Source: a virus (Duplodnaviria > Heunggongvirae > Uroviricota > Caudoviricetes). From it: 64,000 bases of DNA. Made by a program: the position numbers and the translations under genes. This document shows, in pieces, positions 47,565-55,268 of the stretch. The DNA lies in the IMG/VR virus record IMGVR_UViG_3300006467_000563, positions 4,337 through 68,336 of that record. One strand, given 5' to 3'. How positions within the stretch are numbered: position 1 is the first letter of the stretch; each line of letters starts with the position of its first letter. Below the pieces are notes generated by a model, which saw only the letters and a program-made list of their open reading frames with translations, had not been told where the DNA came from and searched no databases.

Positions 47565-48159
47565 CAAACAACCCACTCTAGGAAAAAAAGCACAAGAAGC
47601 CGGTATCAAAGATGCAGTGCATGTTGCTATCGTTTCGTGTCGTGCTGGTGGACCCCTCTCTCCCGGTGATAGGGTGAAACTCAACGAGTATAGAGAAGCA
47701 ATCAAGACATATAGTAAAGACTATATCGGAGTTGCTGACCCTTTCATTAAGGGAGGTATTGACAAAGGAAGTTTCTTCTGGCTTGTAATGAAGCCTAATG
47801 AAACTGAAGCAGTTCGGCATGTTTGGGACCACGAATTGGACTTTTCCGCTCCAGACCGTGAAGTTCAGGAATGCAAATGGATAAAAGAGTACGCAGACGA
47901 CCTTGGGGTGAGCTATCAGTTCTTGATGGATGCTGCAAGAAAAGCTGTCAATGGAGAGTCTTCTCCTAAGTACGAAGGAACAAAAACTCAGGAAGAAATC
48001 GAAGAAGTATTAGATGACTTCTATGACTTCTGGTATTACTGGAGCGAAGAAACTGGATACGAGTTTGAAAACTGTGGGTCTGCGTGTTGTCCAGAATACG
48101 AACATCCTTCCTCGTTTAGTATATTTGACTATTCTGAAGCTAAGAGTGAAGAATCTTAG
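47554..48159 (+). CDS. paralog family X, copy 3
   Basis: DAVHVAIVS, PGDRVKL, VADPFI, KGSFFWLVMKP and RHVWDHELDF blocks; tail CGSACCPEYEH. Confidence 0.6.
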   Translation: MAINKQPTLGKKAQEAGIKDAVHVAIVSCRAGGPLSPGDRVKLNEYREAIKTYSKDYIGVADPFIKGGIDKGSFFWLVMKPNETEAVRHVWDHELDFSAPDREVQECKWIKEYADDLGVSYQFLMDAARKAVNGESSPKYEGTKTQEEIEEVLDDFYDFWYYWSEETGYEFENCGSACCPEYEHPSSFSIFDYSEAKSEES

Positions 48160-48170
48160 ACTTTAGATAA

Positions 48171-48244
48171 CAACCCATAGTGTCAATGGTCTAGCACATT
48201 ACTCTGATAAGGTAATAGTCGTGGTTCGAGTCCACGTGGGTTGA
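48171..48244 (+). tRNA. tRNA-Ile (GAT)
   Basis: Acceptor CAACCCA/TGGGTTG perfect, D-arm GTGT-CAATGGTCTA-GCAC, anticodon arm TTACT-CTGATAA-GGTAA, T-arm CGTGG-TTCGAGT-CCACG. Confidence 0.8.
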
Positions 48245-48248
48245 CTTT

Positions 48249-48319
48249 CGCATCTTAGTTTAAAGCTAGAATACCTACCATGAGGGTAGGAGACGGTGGT
48301 TCAATTCCATCAGGTGCGA
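48249..48319 (+). tRNA. tRNA-like with atypical anticodon loop
   Basis: Acceptor CGCATCT/AGGTGCG and T-arm GGTGG-TTCAATT-CCATC are good; the anticodon region forms a CCTACC/GGTAGG stem with a 5-nt loop or an ACCATGA loop lacking U33. Confidence 0.35.
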
Positions 48320-48382
48320 CTTTAAGAGATGTTAGAAAAATAGGTCGTCTATCAACCTTTGTTCTCCGGCATCTCTTTATAA

Positions 48383-48455
48383 TGTGGAGTAGCTCAATTG
48401 GCAGAGCACTTGTCTTGTAAACAAGAGGTTGCGGGTTCGATGCCCGTCTCCACAT
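48383..48455 (+). tRNA. tRNA-Thr (TGT)
   Basis: Acceptor TGTGGAG/CTCCACA, anticodon arm CTTGT-CTTGTAA-ACAAG, T-arm GCGGG-TTCGATG-CCCGT. Confidence 0.8.
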
Positions 48456-48460
48456 CTTAT

Positions 48461-48533
48461 GCCTCTGTAGCTCAATGGTTAGAGCAAGAAACTCTAAACT
48501 TCTTGGTTGCAGGTTCGAATCCTGTCGGGGGCA
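48461..48533 (+). tRNA. suppressor tRNA, anticodon CTA (reads UAG amber)
   Basis: 73 nt canonical cloverleaf GCCTCTG-TA-GCTC-AATGGTTA-GAGC-A-AGAAA-CTCTAAA-CTTCT-TGGTT-GCAGG-TTCGAAT-CCTGT-CGGGGGC-A. Loop has U33, CUA at 34-36, A37. Confidence 0.6.
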
Positions 48534-48717
48534 CTGTTTTTATTTTTAACAAAACTATCTTCAAAGGAGAAAAGTAATGTTGTAGGTTGACGAAAAATGG
48601 TTAGCACATGGTGAATTAGTTTGGAGTTTCTATCAGAAGCTCTTAAAAGGTGACTGGGATAATTTAAGACTCCCAGAGTGGTTTGTAGAGCATCACGAAA
48701 TACTCGTATCTCTTCAG

Positions 48718-49392
48718 TTGCCTATCAAACAAGTTAAACAGTATATCATTTATCACGATTGCGGAAAGCATTTGTGTGAAACTGTTGACGAAGGTGGTAA
48801 ACATTATCCAGACCACGCGAATGTTTCTGCTGATTATTGGGCAGAACATAGTGATGACAAACTAGTTGAGAAGTTGATTCGTAATGATATGTTTTTTCAT
48901 ATCTGTAAAGCGAATGACTTAAAAGAAACAACACTAACCAAACGTGAATTAGCAACATTATTAGTGACAGCACTTGCTGAGATTCATGCCAATGCAGAAA
49001 TGTTCGGTGGAATCGAATCACAATCTTTCAAAATTAAATACAAGCAGATTGAAAGACGTGGCAAATCCTTCGTAAAAGATAATCTTATCGACAATTACAA
49101 GGGTTACACATACTGTTTTGTGAGAACAGATATTACTCCCTCTCAACAAGCAGTACAAATGTCACATGCGTGCATTGAAGCACAGAAAAAATTCAGTCCT
49201 AGTAGGCATCCATCAATTGTGGCTATCGGGACTAAAAAGAAAAAAATACAAAAAATTATACAGGAATGTATTGACAACGAGATAGATTTCGCTATATTTA
49301 GAGATAACATATTTGATAACGAGGTCACAGCAATTGCAACTGAACCTCTTTATGAAAACAGAAAAGTTTTTGACAGGTATACATTACTCTAA
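48718..49392 (+). CDS. hypothetical protein (possible HD-like metal-dependent hydrolase)
   Basis: YHDCGKH...HYPDH His/Asp pattern; weak. Confidence 0.4.
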   Translation: MPIKQVKQYIIYHDCGKHLCETVDEGGKHYPDHANVSADYWAEHSDDKLVEKLIRNDMFFHICKANDLKETTLTKRELATLLVTALAEIHANAEMFGGIESQSFKIKYKQIERRGKSFVKDNLIDNYKGYTYCFVRTDITPSQQAVQMSHACIEAQKKFSPSRHPSIVAIGTKKKKIQKIIQECIDNEIDFAIFRDNIFDNEVTAIATEPLYENRKVFDRYTLL

Positions 49393-49410
49393 ATTAAAGG
49401 ACCAACTATC

Positions 49411-49848
49411 GTGTTAGTCTCGAAGTACAATCCAAAATTTGATGGTTGTTTACATGTACAACAATACAAACAACTATCTGAACTTTATCTGGAAAATTTT
49501 AATGCTCCAGTATTGACATACAACGAGTTTGTCGATAGAATCAATTCAGACGATGTCACTATTTACACTTTCGAAGTGGGTGACAAAGTAGTGGCAACAG
49601 CTTCAGGATATTTATACCCGTCTCTGTTACACGGTGGACAGCCTAGAATGCAGATTGAAAATGTCTGCACTAGAAAAGAGCATCAAGGTAATGGATATGC
49701 ATCACATTTAATCGGATTGCTCATAGAGCTGGCAGAAGAAAAAGGGTGCTATAAAGTATCACTAAGCTGTTCTGACAAAAACTTGGACTTCTATCAGAAT
49801 AGAGGTTTCAAACAACATGAACACACTATGAGGATTGATTTGGTATGA
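49411..49848 (+). CDS. GNAT family N-acetyltransferase
   Basis: RKEHQGNGYASHLIGLLIELA acetyl-CoA binding motif region. Confidence 0.6.
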   Translation: MLVSKYNPKFDGCLHVQQYKQLSELYLENFNAPVLTYNEFVDRINSDDVTIYTFEVGDKVVATASGYLYPSLLHGGQPRMQIENVCTRKEHQGNGYASHLIGLLIELAEEKGCYKVSLSCSDKNLDFYQNRGFKQHEHTMRIDLV

Positions 49849-50039
49849 CTACTGCTGATACGCATTTAGAGAATGCAAGAGACAAAGTAAAAGAGGCTGT
49901 TCGTGACCTATCACAAATTTTAATCGAAGAGTGTTATGGACATGATGAATATGCTGAAAGTTTCAATTTAAAACTGGAATCAGCATTTACAAAACTGAGA
50001 GTAGTTGATAAACTACTAAATAATAAAGATATCGAATAA
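49845..50039 (+). CDS. small hypothetical protein
   Basis: 64 aa; ATGA overlap. Confidence 0.35.
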   Translation: MTTADTHLENARDKVKEAVRDLSQILIEECYGHDEYAESFNLKLESAFTKLRVVDKLLNNKDIE

Positions 50040-50229
50040 AAACGACAAGGCGAATGATATGACTCGTCACCATATTATGCTTGCCGCAAACCAATCAACT
50101 GCTGCTCGCAGAGAGCATAAAGTTGTATTGAGAACATATTCCACAACGACGATTACAGTGGTGCAGATTGAGACGTGAGGGTAATTGCCTCTAACTTCCA
50201 TCTAAATGTTTGCTAGATTTTTATTCATC

Positions 50230-50285
50230 GCGGGTAATGCTAAGGGAATCATTGACTAAGCTGGCGGTTTGAATCCGCTCCCGCA
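50230..50285 (+). other. truncated tRNA-like minihelix (about 56 nt)
   Basis: GCGGG...GGCGG-TTTGAAT-CCGCT-CCCGC-A: acceptor and degenerate T-arm present, no anticodon arm. Confidence 0.25.
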
Positions 50286-50442
50286 ACCAACAAATAATGT
50301 ATGACAAGCCGAATGACTATGAATCAACTTGGCGTAAACCTGTTTTTAGGTCGCTACTAAAGACAGAGAATTGAGTACAGGCTAGTGAATTAGCTACTCA
50401 CGAACAGGTCTGTAGAAATGTTTACTTGATACATTAAAATAT

Positions 50443-50517
50443 GGCGGTGTAGTCCAATTGGCAGGAGACGCATGTCTTAGGAACATGACAGTATGGGTTC
50501 GAATCCCATTGCCGCTA
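50443..50517 (+). tRNA. tRNA with anticodon TAG (Leu-type) but class I architecture
   Basis: Perfect anticodon arm CATGT-CTTAGGA-ACATG (U33, G37), T-arm ATGGG-TTCGAAT-CCCAT, acceptor GGCGGTG/TGCCGCT; only a 5-nt variable loop. Confidence 0.55.
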
Positions 50518-50815
50518 CTTTTATGGCCGTGAGTGAAAAGAGGCTGTTGAAATACATAAGCCGTTCACCTTAATAGTATGATAAATGTGTCAAATAAAAC
50601 ATACTGTATCTTACGCTTTGACTTATTGCGTCGGTCATATTTAATATAAGAGGTCGAGCCGGTGTGCGACTAAGTCTAGTAGACTGCTAGATTGAATACG
50701 TCGGTTCATCCAGAAGTTAACTGGCTTATGTGCGAACGCGGAGTAGTCACTGCTTAGTAGGCATATGTTTGGGCTTCATCACGGATGCACATCGGCACGC
50801 CCTCTTATATAACAT

Positions 50816-50906
50816 TCCCCGGTACGCTAACTGGTAAGCGGCCAAGCTGTTAACTTGGTGTAGTCCGTCTTTGAACGGTATAGAGGTTCGACTCCTCTCT
50901 GGGGAG
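50816..50906 (+). tRNA. class II-like tRNA with anticodon GTT (Asn-type; Tyr-like long variable arm)
   Basis: Acceptor TCCCCGG/CTGGGGA, D-arm CGCT-AACTGGTA-AGCG, anticodon arm CCAAG-CTGTTAA-CTTGG, 23-nt variable arm with CCGT/ACGG stem, T-arm AGAGG-TTCGACT-CCTCT. Confidence 0.55.
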
Positions 50907-50921
50907 CTTAGGAGAAATACT

Positions 50922-51356
50922 ATGAAGGTTTTGATTAGCGGACATAGAAAATCAAAATTAGCCAACTATGACATCAAATGGATATCTAATGAAATAGAAC
51001 GGCTTATATTTGAGAATCCAGCTATAATTGGATTATCAGGGATGGCCGATGGCATAGACCTTTTATACTGCCAACTATTACTTCAATATAGGCGTGGGTA
51101 TCATTGCTATATCCCCTTTGATGAACAAGACAAGTATATGTCAGACCATGATAAAACATGGCGTCAAAGTTTAATTGACTCATCTTGGGCTGTCATAAAA
51201 GCAAAAAATTCACAAATGGTTTCAGATTGTGATTATGGAATCATAGTTTGGGATGGAAATAAAGGTGGTACACACAACGTGTTCCAGCAAATGCTCGAAG
51301 CAAAGAAAAACTTTTGGTGGATTGAACCACATAATCAAAAAGTAATTTATTTTTAA
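50922..51356 (+). CDS. SLOG/YpsA-like (DprA/LOG-fold) protein
   Basis: MKVLISGHRK...GLSGMADGIDLL pattern resembles the YpsA/SLOG nucleotide-binding family. Start set at the internal ATG with AGGAGAAATACTATG RBS to avoid overlap with the tRNA. Confidence 0.4.
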   Translation: MKVLISGHRKSKLANYDIKWISNEIERLIFENPAIIGLSGMADGIDLLYCQLLLQYRRGYHCYIPFDEQDKYMSDHDKTWRQSLIDSSWAVIKAKNSQMVSDCDYGIIVWDGNKGGTHNVFQQMLEAKKNFWWIEPHNQKVIYF

Positions 51357-51429
51357 GGTATTAAAATGTCTATTAAACGCAAACGCAAACATCGATAAAC
51401 GCATGGAGTTTATGACTTCATGTTAGCAT

Positions 51430-51501
51430 GGGGTCATGGTGTAGCGGTTGCATTGCAGACTTTTAATCTGTTAGGCGGGGGTTCGAATCCCTCTGGCCCT
51501 A
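51430..51501 (+). tRNA. tRNA-Lys (TTT)
   Basis: D-arm GTGT-AGCGGTT-GCAT, anticodon arm GCAGA-CTTTTAA-TCTGT, T-arm GGGGG-TTCGAAT-CCCTC, acceptor GGGGTCA/TGGCCCT. Confidence 0.75.
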
Positions 51502-51529
51502 TTTTTAAACACATATGAAAAAAAGATAT

Positions 51530-51604
51530 AGGGGATTAGTTCAATTGGATAGAATATCAGTCTACGAAACTGAAGATGTTGAGGTTCGAGTCCTACATTC
51601 CCTA
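51530..51604 (+). tRNA. tRNA-Arg (ACG)
   Basis: D-arm GTTC-AATTGGATA-GAAT, perfect anticodon arm TCAGT-CTACGAA-ACTGA, acceptor AGGGGAT/ATTCCCT; T-stem only 3 bp. Confidence 0.7.
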
Positions 51605-51612
51605 CTTTATTT

Positions 51613-52035
51613 ATGAAAAAACAATGCTATCAATGCAACCAAGAGTTGCCACTATCCTCTTTTAATAAAAACTGCAAGAAAAAAGATGGGTTGCAATCAG
51701 AGTGTAGAGATTGTGGCAAGACGTACCGTAAACAGCATTATCAAGATAACAAACAGTATTATATAGATAAGGCAGTAAAAAGACGGGACAACAATGTTAA
51801 AAAACTTACGCCTTTATTAGTAGAATATCTGGAACAGAATCCTTGTGTGGACTGTGGAAACAATGATATACGTGTGCTGCATTTTGACCATTTAGAAAAT
51901 AAGCAATATCATGTCCCGGAAATGATTAGACTAGGACATAGTTGGCAAAATATTCTATCTGAGATATCGAAATGCGATGTTAGATGTGCTAACTGTCACG
52001 CCATCAAAACATGGCCGAACAGGTTTGATACTTAG
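51613..52035 (+). CDS. HNH homing endonuclease
   Basis: N-terminal zinc ribbon; HFDHLENK...CANCH. Confidence 0.65.
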   Translation: MKKQCYQCNQELPLSSFNKNCKKKDGLQSECRDCGKTYRKQHYQDNKQYYIDKAVKRRDNNVKKLTPLLVEYLEQNPCVDCGNNDIRVLHFDHLENKQYHVPEMIRLGHSWQNILSEISKCDVRCANCHAIKTWPNRFDT

Positions 52036-52044
52036 GAATAAAAC

Positions 52045-52254
52045 ATGGAAATCACTGGAAAAGAAGTATCGGAATGGCTAATTAGCAATAAAGACAGGCT
52101 TGCTTTTATCTTGCCAAAAGTCGATGTTGCTGAATTAGGCAAATGTATCTATGCTGTTGAAGATGATGCAATTATTTTTATGCTTCAGGAAATTCAATAT
52201 CCAGAAGTTAAGCTGGACAACATGTGTCCTGAAATAGATAATACGGGGGCGTAG
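52045..52254 (+). CDS. small hypothetical protein
   Basis: 69 aa. Confidence 0.3.
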   Translation: MEITGKEVSEWLISNKDRLAFILPKVDVAELGKCIYAVEDDAIIFMLQEIQYPEVKLDNMCPEIDNTGA

Positions 52255-52319
52255 CCCAATTAGGCAGAGGCAAGCGACTTAAAATCGCTCCAGTATGGGT
52301 TCGAGTCCCATCGTCCCTA
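52245..52319 (+). tRNA. tRNA with anticodon TAA (Leu-type), class I architecture
   Basis: Perfect anticodon arm AGCGA-CTTAAAA-TCGCT, T-arm ATGGG-TTCGAGT-CCCAT, acceptor GGGGGCG/CGTCCCT; 5-nt variable loop. Confidence 0.6.
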
Positions 52320-52367
52320 CTCACGTGACAGTTTTAAAAGAGGTTTCTGTACAAAAAACCAATACAT

Positions 52368-52439
52368 ACCAGATTAGTGTAATTGGTAGCACATCGGTTT
52401 CCAAGTCCGAAAGTCAGGGTTCGAGTCCTTGGTCTGGTG
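52368..52439 (+). tRNA. tRNA-Trp (CCA)
   Basis: Acceptor ACCAGAT/GTCTGGT, D-arm GTGT-AATTGGTA-GCAC, anticodon loop TTCCAAG, T-arm CAGGG-TTCGAGT-CCTTG. Confidence 0.8.
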
Positions 52440-52449
52440 CTTTTTTAAT

Positions 52450-52531
52450 GGGAATACTACGCTTGTGGGAAAGTGGGATGGGTTGTAACCCCGTCGTCTC
52501 TGACTAAGCGGTTCGATTCCGTATATTCCCA
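52450..52531 (+). tRNA. tRNA-Tyr (GTA), class II
   Basis: Perfect acceptor GGGAATA/TATTCCC, anticodon arm ATGGG-TTGTAAC-CCCGT, 12-nt variable arm, T-arm AGCGG-TTCGATT-CCGTA. Confidence 0.7.
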
Positions 52532-52544
52532 CTTGGAGGTTCAA

Positions 52545-52769
52545 ATGTCAAAATTCTTATTTTTCGATATCTTAGGATATTTAGAAGAGACAGATACTCC
52601 AGTACTCAAAAAATGGTTCGACTTCGATAAAGAAGAAGGACAAATTTTGATTAAAGATTATGTTTTTACCGTAAGACCAAAAGATTCGTATATAATTGGA
52701 AAAATTCCACAAACGGACTTGAATTACGACAACTACATAACTATAATTGATACAATCAACGAAGGATAA
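52545..52769 (+). CDS. small hypothetical protein
   Basis: Internal ATG (MSKFLFF) just downstream of tRNA-Tyr with GGAGGTTCAAATG RBS. Confidence 0.35.
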   Translation: MSKFLFFDILGYLEETDTPVLKKWFDFDKEEGQILIKDYVFTVRPKDSYIIGKIPQTDLNYDNYITIIDTINEG

Positions 52770-52772
52770 AAC

Positions 52773-53180
52773 ATGCATTGGCCAAAACTATTTTTCAAAC
52801 GTGCAGACGGTGGTGAAAAATCTGGTGTAACTGGTTATATGTTGATTGAATGGAAGTCAGTTTTCTCAATTGGGCTGTTACATTTTAAAGAAGGCTCACG
52901 AGAAGCATTTCATACACACGCATTCAATGCTATTACTTGGTGGCTTAAAGGTCTTGTTGTAGAAGTACACGCTAATGCGGATAATATACTTGACAAATTC
53001 AAATTATTTCGTCCGTCATTAAAACCAAAATTTACAAGTAGAGACTGCTATCATAAAATTATAGCATACACAGATACTTGGGCCTTAACTTTTCGAGGAC
53101 CGTGGAAAAACGAATGGAAAGAGTTAAGACCTGACGGTGAAGTAGTTTTAACTCATGGAAGAAAAATTCAGTCTCTATAA
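52773..53180 (+). CDS. hypothetical protein
   Basis: 135 aa. Confidence 0.4.
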   Translation: MHWPKLFFKRADGGEKSGVTGYMLIEWKSVFSIGLLHFKEGSREAFHTHAFNAITWWLKGLVVEVHANADNILDKFKLFRPSLKPKFTSRDCYHKIIAYTDTWALTFRGPWKNEWKELRPDGEVVLTHGRKIQSL

Positions 53181-53344
53181 ATAATATCAACTTGAGAGTA
53201 TAACAGATTCATGACTGGCCGTAGTTGAGAACATAAGAAACGCTACGAGCAAGTTGGTAACTGAAACCGTGGGAGGCAGCGGTATACAAACAGCCTTATA
53301 TGAGGGCTGGCATGTACCAAGGGGGCGAGAAATACTTGCAATAT

Positions 53345-53368
53345 TTCTGTGACGAGTTCGATTCTCGT
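53345..53368 (+). other. orphan tRNA 3' half (T-arm plus acceptor strand)
   Basis: ACGAG-TTCGATT-CTCGT-TCGGTCC-A at the end of a 200-nt noncoding region; no matching 5' acceptor strand. Confidence 0.3.
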
Positions 53369-53379
53369 TCGGTCCATTT

Positions 53380-53904
53380 ATGATATATTATATAGAAAAA
53401 TCTGGTAGAAAACGAAAAGGAATAGAGAAGACATGTCCTGTATGTCATAATTTGTTTGTAACTAGACTAGACCAACAAGGAACATATTGTTCTAAACAGT
53501 GCTGTTCTGATAGTCGTAAGAATAAGGTACAATTACAATGTGACTGCTGTGATAAATTGTTTTACAGACATCCTAGTGCTTTATCTTGTTCAAAAAGCGG
53601 GTTTTATTTTTGTTCTAGGGAATGTAAGGACAAATCACAAAGACTTGGTGGTATTGAAGAAATTATGCCGAGTCACTACGGTTCATTCCAAGGTAGAAAA
53701 TCAGCTATATATCGTAGAACATATAAAGAGCTGAATAATATAGAAATACTATCATGTATTCGCTGCGGATATTCTGAATTTGAATCTGCTGTAGACATCC
53801 ATCATATTGATGAAAATTGTAATAACAACTCAATAGAAAACTTAACTGCCTTATGTGCGTGTTGTCATAGGGGATTACATTATAGGCTGTGGGAATTACA
53901 ATGA
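53380..53904 (+). CDS. HNH homing endonuclease
   Basis: Multiple CxxC pairs; AVDIHHIDEN...CACCH. Confidence 0.65.
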   Translation: MIYYIEKSGRKRKGIEKTCPVCHNLFVTRLDQQGTYCSKQCCSDSRKNKVQLQCDCCDKLFYRHPSALSCSKSGFYFCSRECKDKSQRLGGIEEIMPSHYGSFQGRKSAIYRRTYKELNNIEILSCIRCGYSEFESAVDIHHIDENCNNNSIENLTALCACCHRGLHYRLWELQ

Positions 53905-54344
53905 TAGTAGAACCAAAAGAAATTCCATATGTCAAAATTTTAGATGGACAGACGGTTGGTCTAACAAGCGGTTGTTTTGACTTGCTCCACTTCTATCATT
54001 TGAATTATCTATTACGTTGTAAAGCTAGATGCGATGTTTTAATCGTAGGCGTCGATGCTGACGACGTAGTCCAAGAAAACAAAGGTAAAGCACCAGCTAA
54101 TCCTGAATATCACAGAGCAGCAATGTTAGCCGCATTAGACTGTGTTGATGTGGTTTTTGTCTTACGAAGTCTTGATGACCTAGTAAAAGCTGGTGACCAT
54201 GCAGATTTTCTGTTTAAAAATAATCCAACTATTTACGGACAAGAAGTAGTTGGTACGCAAAGAGCAGAATTGGTAATCGTGCCAGATGTTGAGGAAGTTA
54301 CTTCAACAACTGCTCTGAAAGATAAAATCAGGAGAGATACATGA
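53901..54344 (+). CDS. cytidylyltransferase-family nucleotidyltransferase
   Basis: GLTSGCFDLLHFYHLNYL matches the (H/T)xGH nucleotidyltransferase motif; start taken at the internal ATG. Confidence 0.6.
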   Translation: MIVEPKEIPYVKILDGQTVGLTSGCFDLLHFYHLNYLLRCKARCDVLIVGVDADDVVQENKGKAPANPEYHRAAMLAALDCVDVVFVLRSLDDLVKAGDHADFLFKNNPTIYGQEVVGTQRAELVIVPDVEEVTSTTALKDKIRRDT

Positions 54345-54490
54345 GATTTACACAGCTTAAAAATGGTGAAGGAATTAAACGCGGTGTAATTGATATTATC
54401 GGTGCGTTTTCTGGAACCCCAAAAATAATACAGCATATGCAATTTCACGATGAAAATAATTTTGAGTCGAAAAATGAAGATGCTGAAAAT
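54341..54490 (+). CDS. small hypothetical protein (3' end clipped to avoid tRNA-Ser)
   Basis: ORF 54341..54535 runs into tRNA-Ser(GCT); coding status uncertain. Confidence 0.25.
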
Positions 54491-54578
54491 GGAAGAGAGC
54501 CGAATATTGGTTTGTCGGACTCGCCTGCTAAGTGAGGCCGTAGCAATGCGGTGATGGGTTCAATTCCCTCCTCTTCCG
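54491..54578 (+). tRNA. tRNA-Ser (GCT), class II
   Basis: Perfect acceptor GGAAGAG/CTCTTCC, D-arm CCGA-ATATTGGTTTG-TCGG, anticodon arm CTCGC-CTGCTAA-GTGAG, long variable arm. Confidence 0.75.
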
Positions 54579-54740
54579 CTTTAGTCAATCGGTTTCTAAC
54601 GAGAGAATACGTGGAAGATTGGTCCCATTAGACTAACCTGTGTTATCACGATGTTTTAGGTGCTGTGATTTAATGGAATTACTATGCAACACTACATATA
54701 TAGCACAGGCGTAGCAAAGTCTCTTATTGACTACTTATTT

Positions 54741-54827
54741 GGAAGCTATCCTGCTGGATTAGGAGCTTGTTTAGAAAACATGTGGGTCAGAAATGGCCTT
54801 GGTCGGGTTCGAGTCCCCCAGCTTCCG
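54741..54827 (+). tRNA. class II tRNA (Ser/Leu-type), anticodon ambiguous (AGA or TAG)
   Basis: Perfect acceptor GGAAGCT/AGCTTCC, D-arm CCTG-CTGGAT-TAGG paralogous to tRNA-Ser(TGA), long variable arm. Anticodon stem CTTGT/ACATG has a T.T mismatch around loop TTAGAAA. Confidence 0.5.
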
Positions 54828-54835
54828 CTTTTTAT

Positions 54836-54909
54836 GGTGACTGTAGTGTAATTGGTTAGCACGGGACCTTGTGACGGTTCTAGTGCGGGTTCAAGTCCCG
54901 TCGTTCACC
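54836..54909 (+). tRNA. tRNA-His (GTG) with encoded G-1
   Basis: Extra 5' G opposite discriminator C; D-arm GTGT-AATTGGTTA-GCAC; anticodon arm GGACC-TTGTGAC-GGTTC; T-arm GCGGG-TTCAAGT-CCCGT. Confidence 0.8.
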
Positions 54910-54917
54910 CCTTTTTT

Positions 54918-55002
54918 GGAAGTCATCCGGCTGGATGAGGGTGCTGTCTTGAAAATAGCTGTGTCATTTATGGCATTGTGGGTTCGAGTCCCACGGCTTC
55001 CG
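54918..55002 (+). tRNA. tRNA-Ser (TGA), class II
   Basis: Acceptor GGAAGTC/GGCTTCC, anticodon arm GCTGT-CTTGAAA-ATAGC, long variable arm, T-arm GTGGG-TTCGAGT-CCCAC. Confidence 0.75.
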
Positions 55003-55268
55003 CTTATGTAAAGTCTATGAGTTAATCCAACCCGGACAATGATTCGTAGCAAACACTGGAGGATAGGCAGGACGAAAGTGTAAAAGTCCAATGAAGGGCG
55101 GTTGTGGCAGTAGCTCCAACTTCCCAGAGGATGCTGTTTTTTCCCTGCAAAATAGACACCTTCGCTATCCTTCAGGTTTTATACAAGGAAATTAATATGG
55201 GCTGTCAATATATCTAGAGTGGTGTATTGATAATCACAATAAAATCAAAAAGACATTAGGACAATAAG

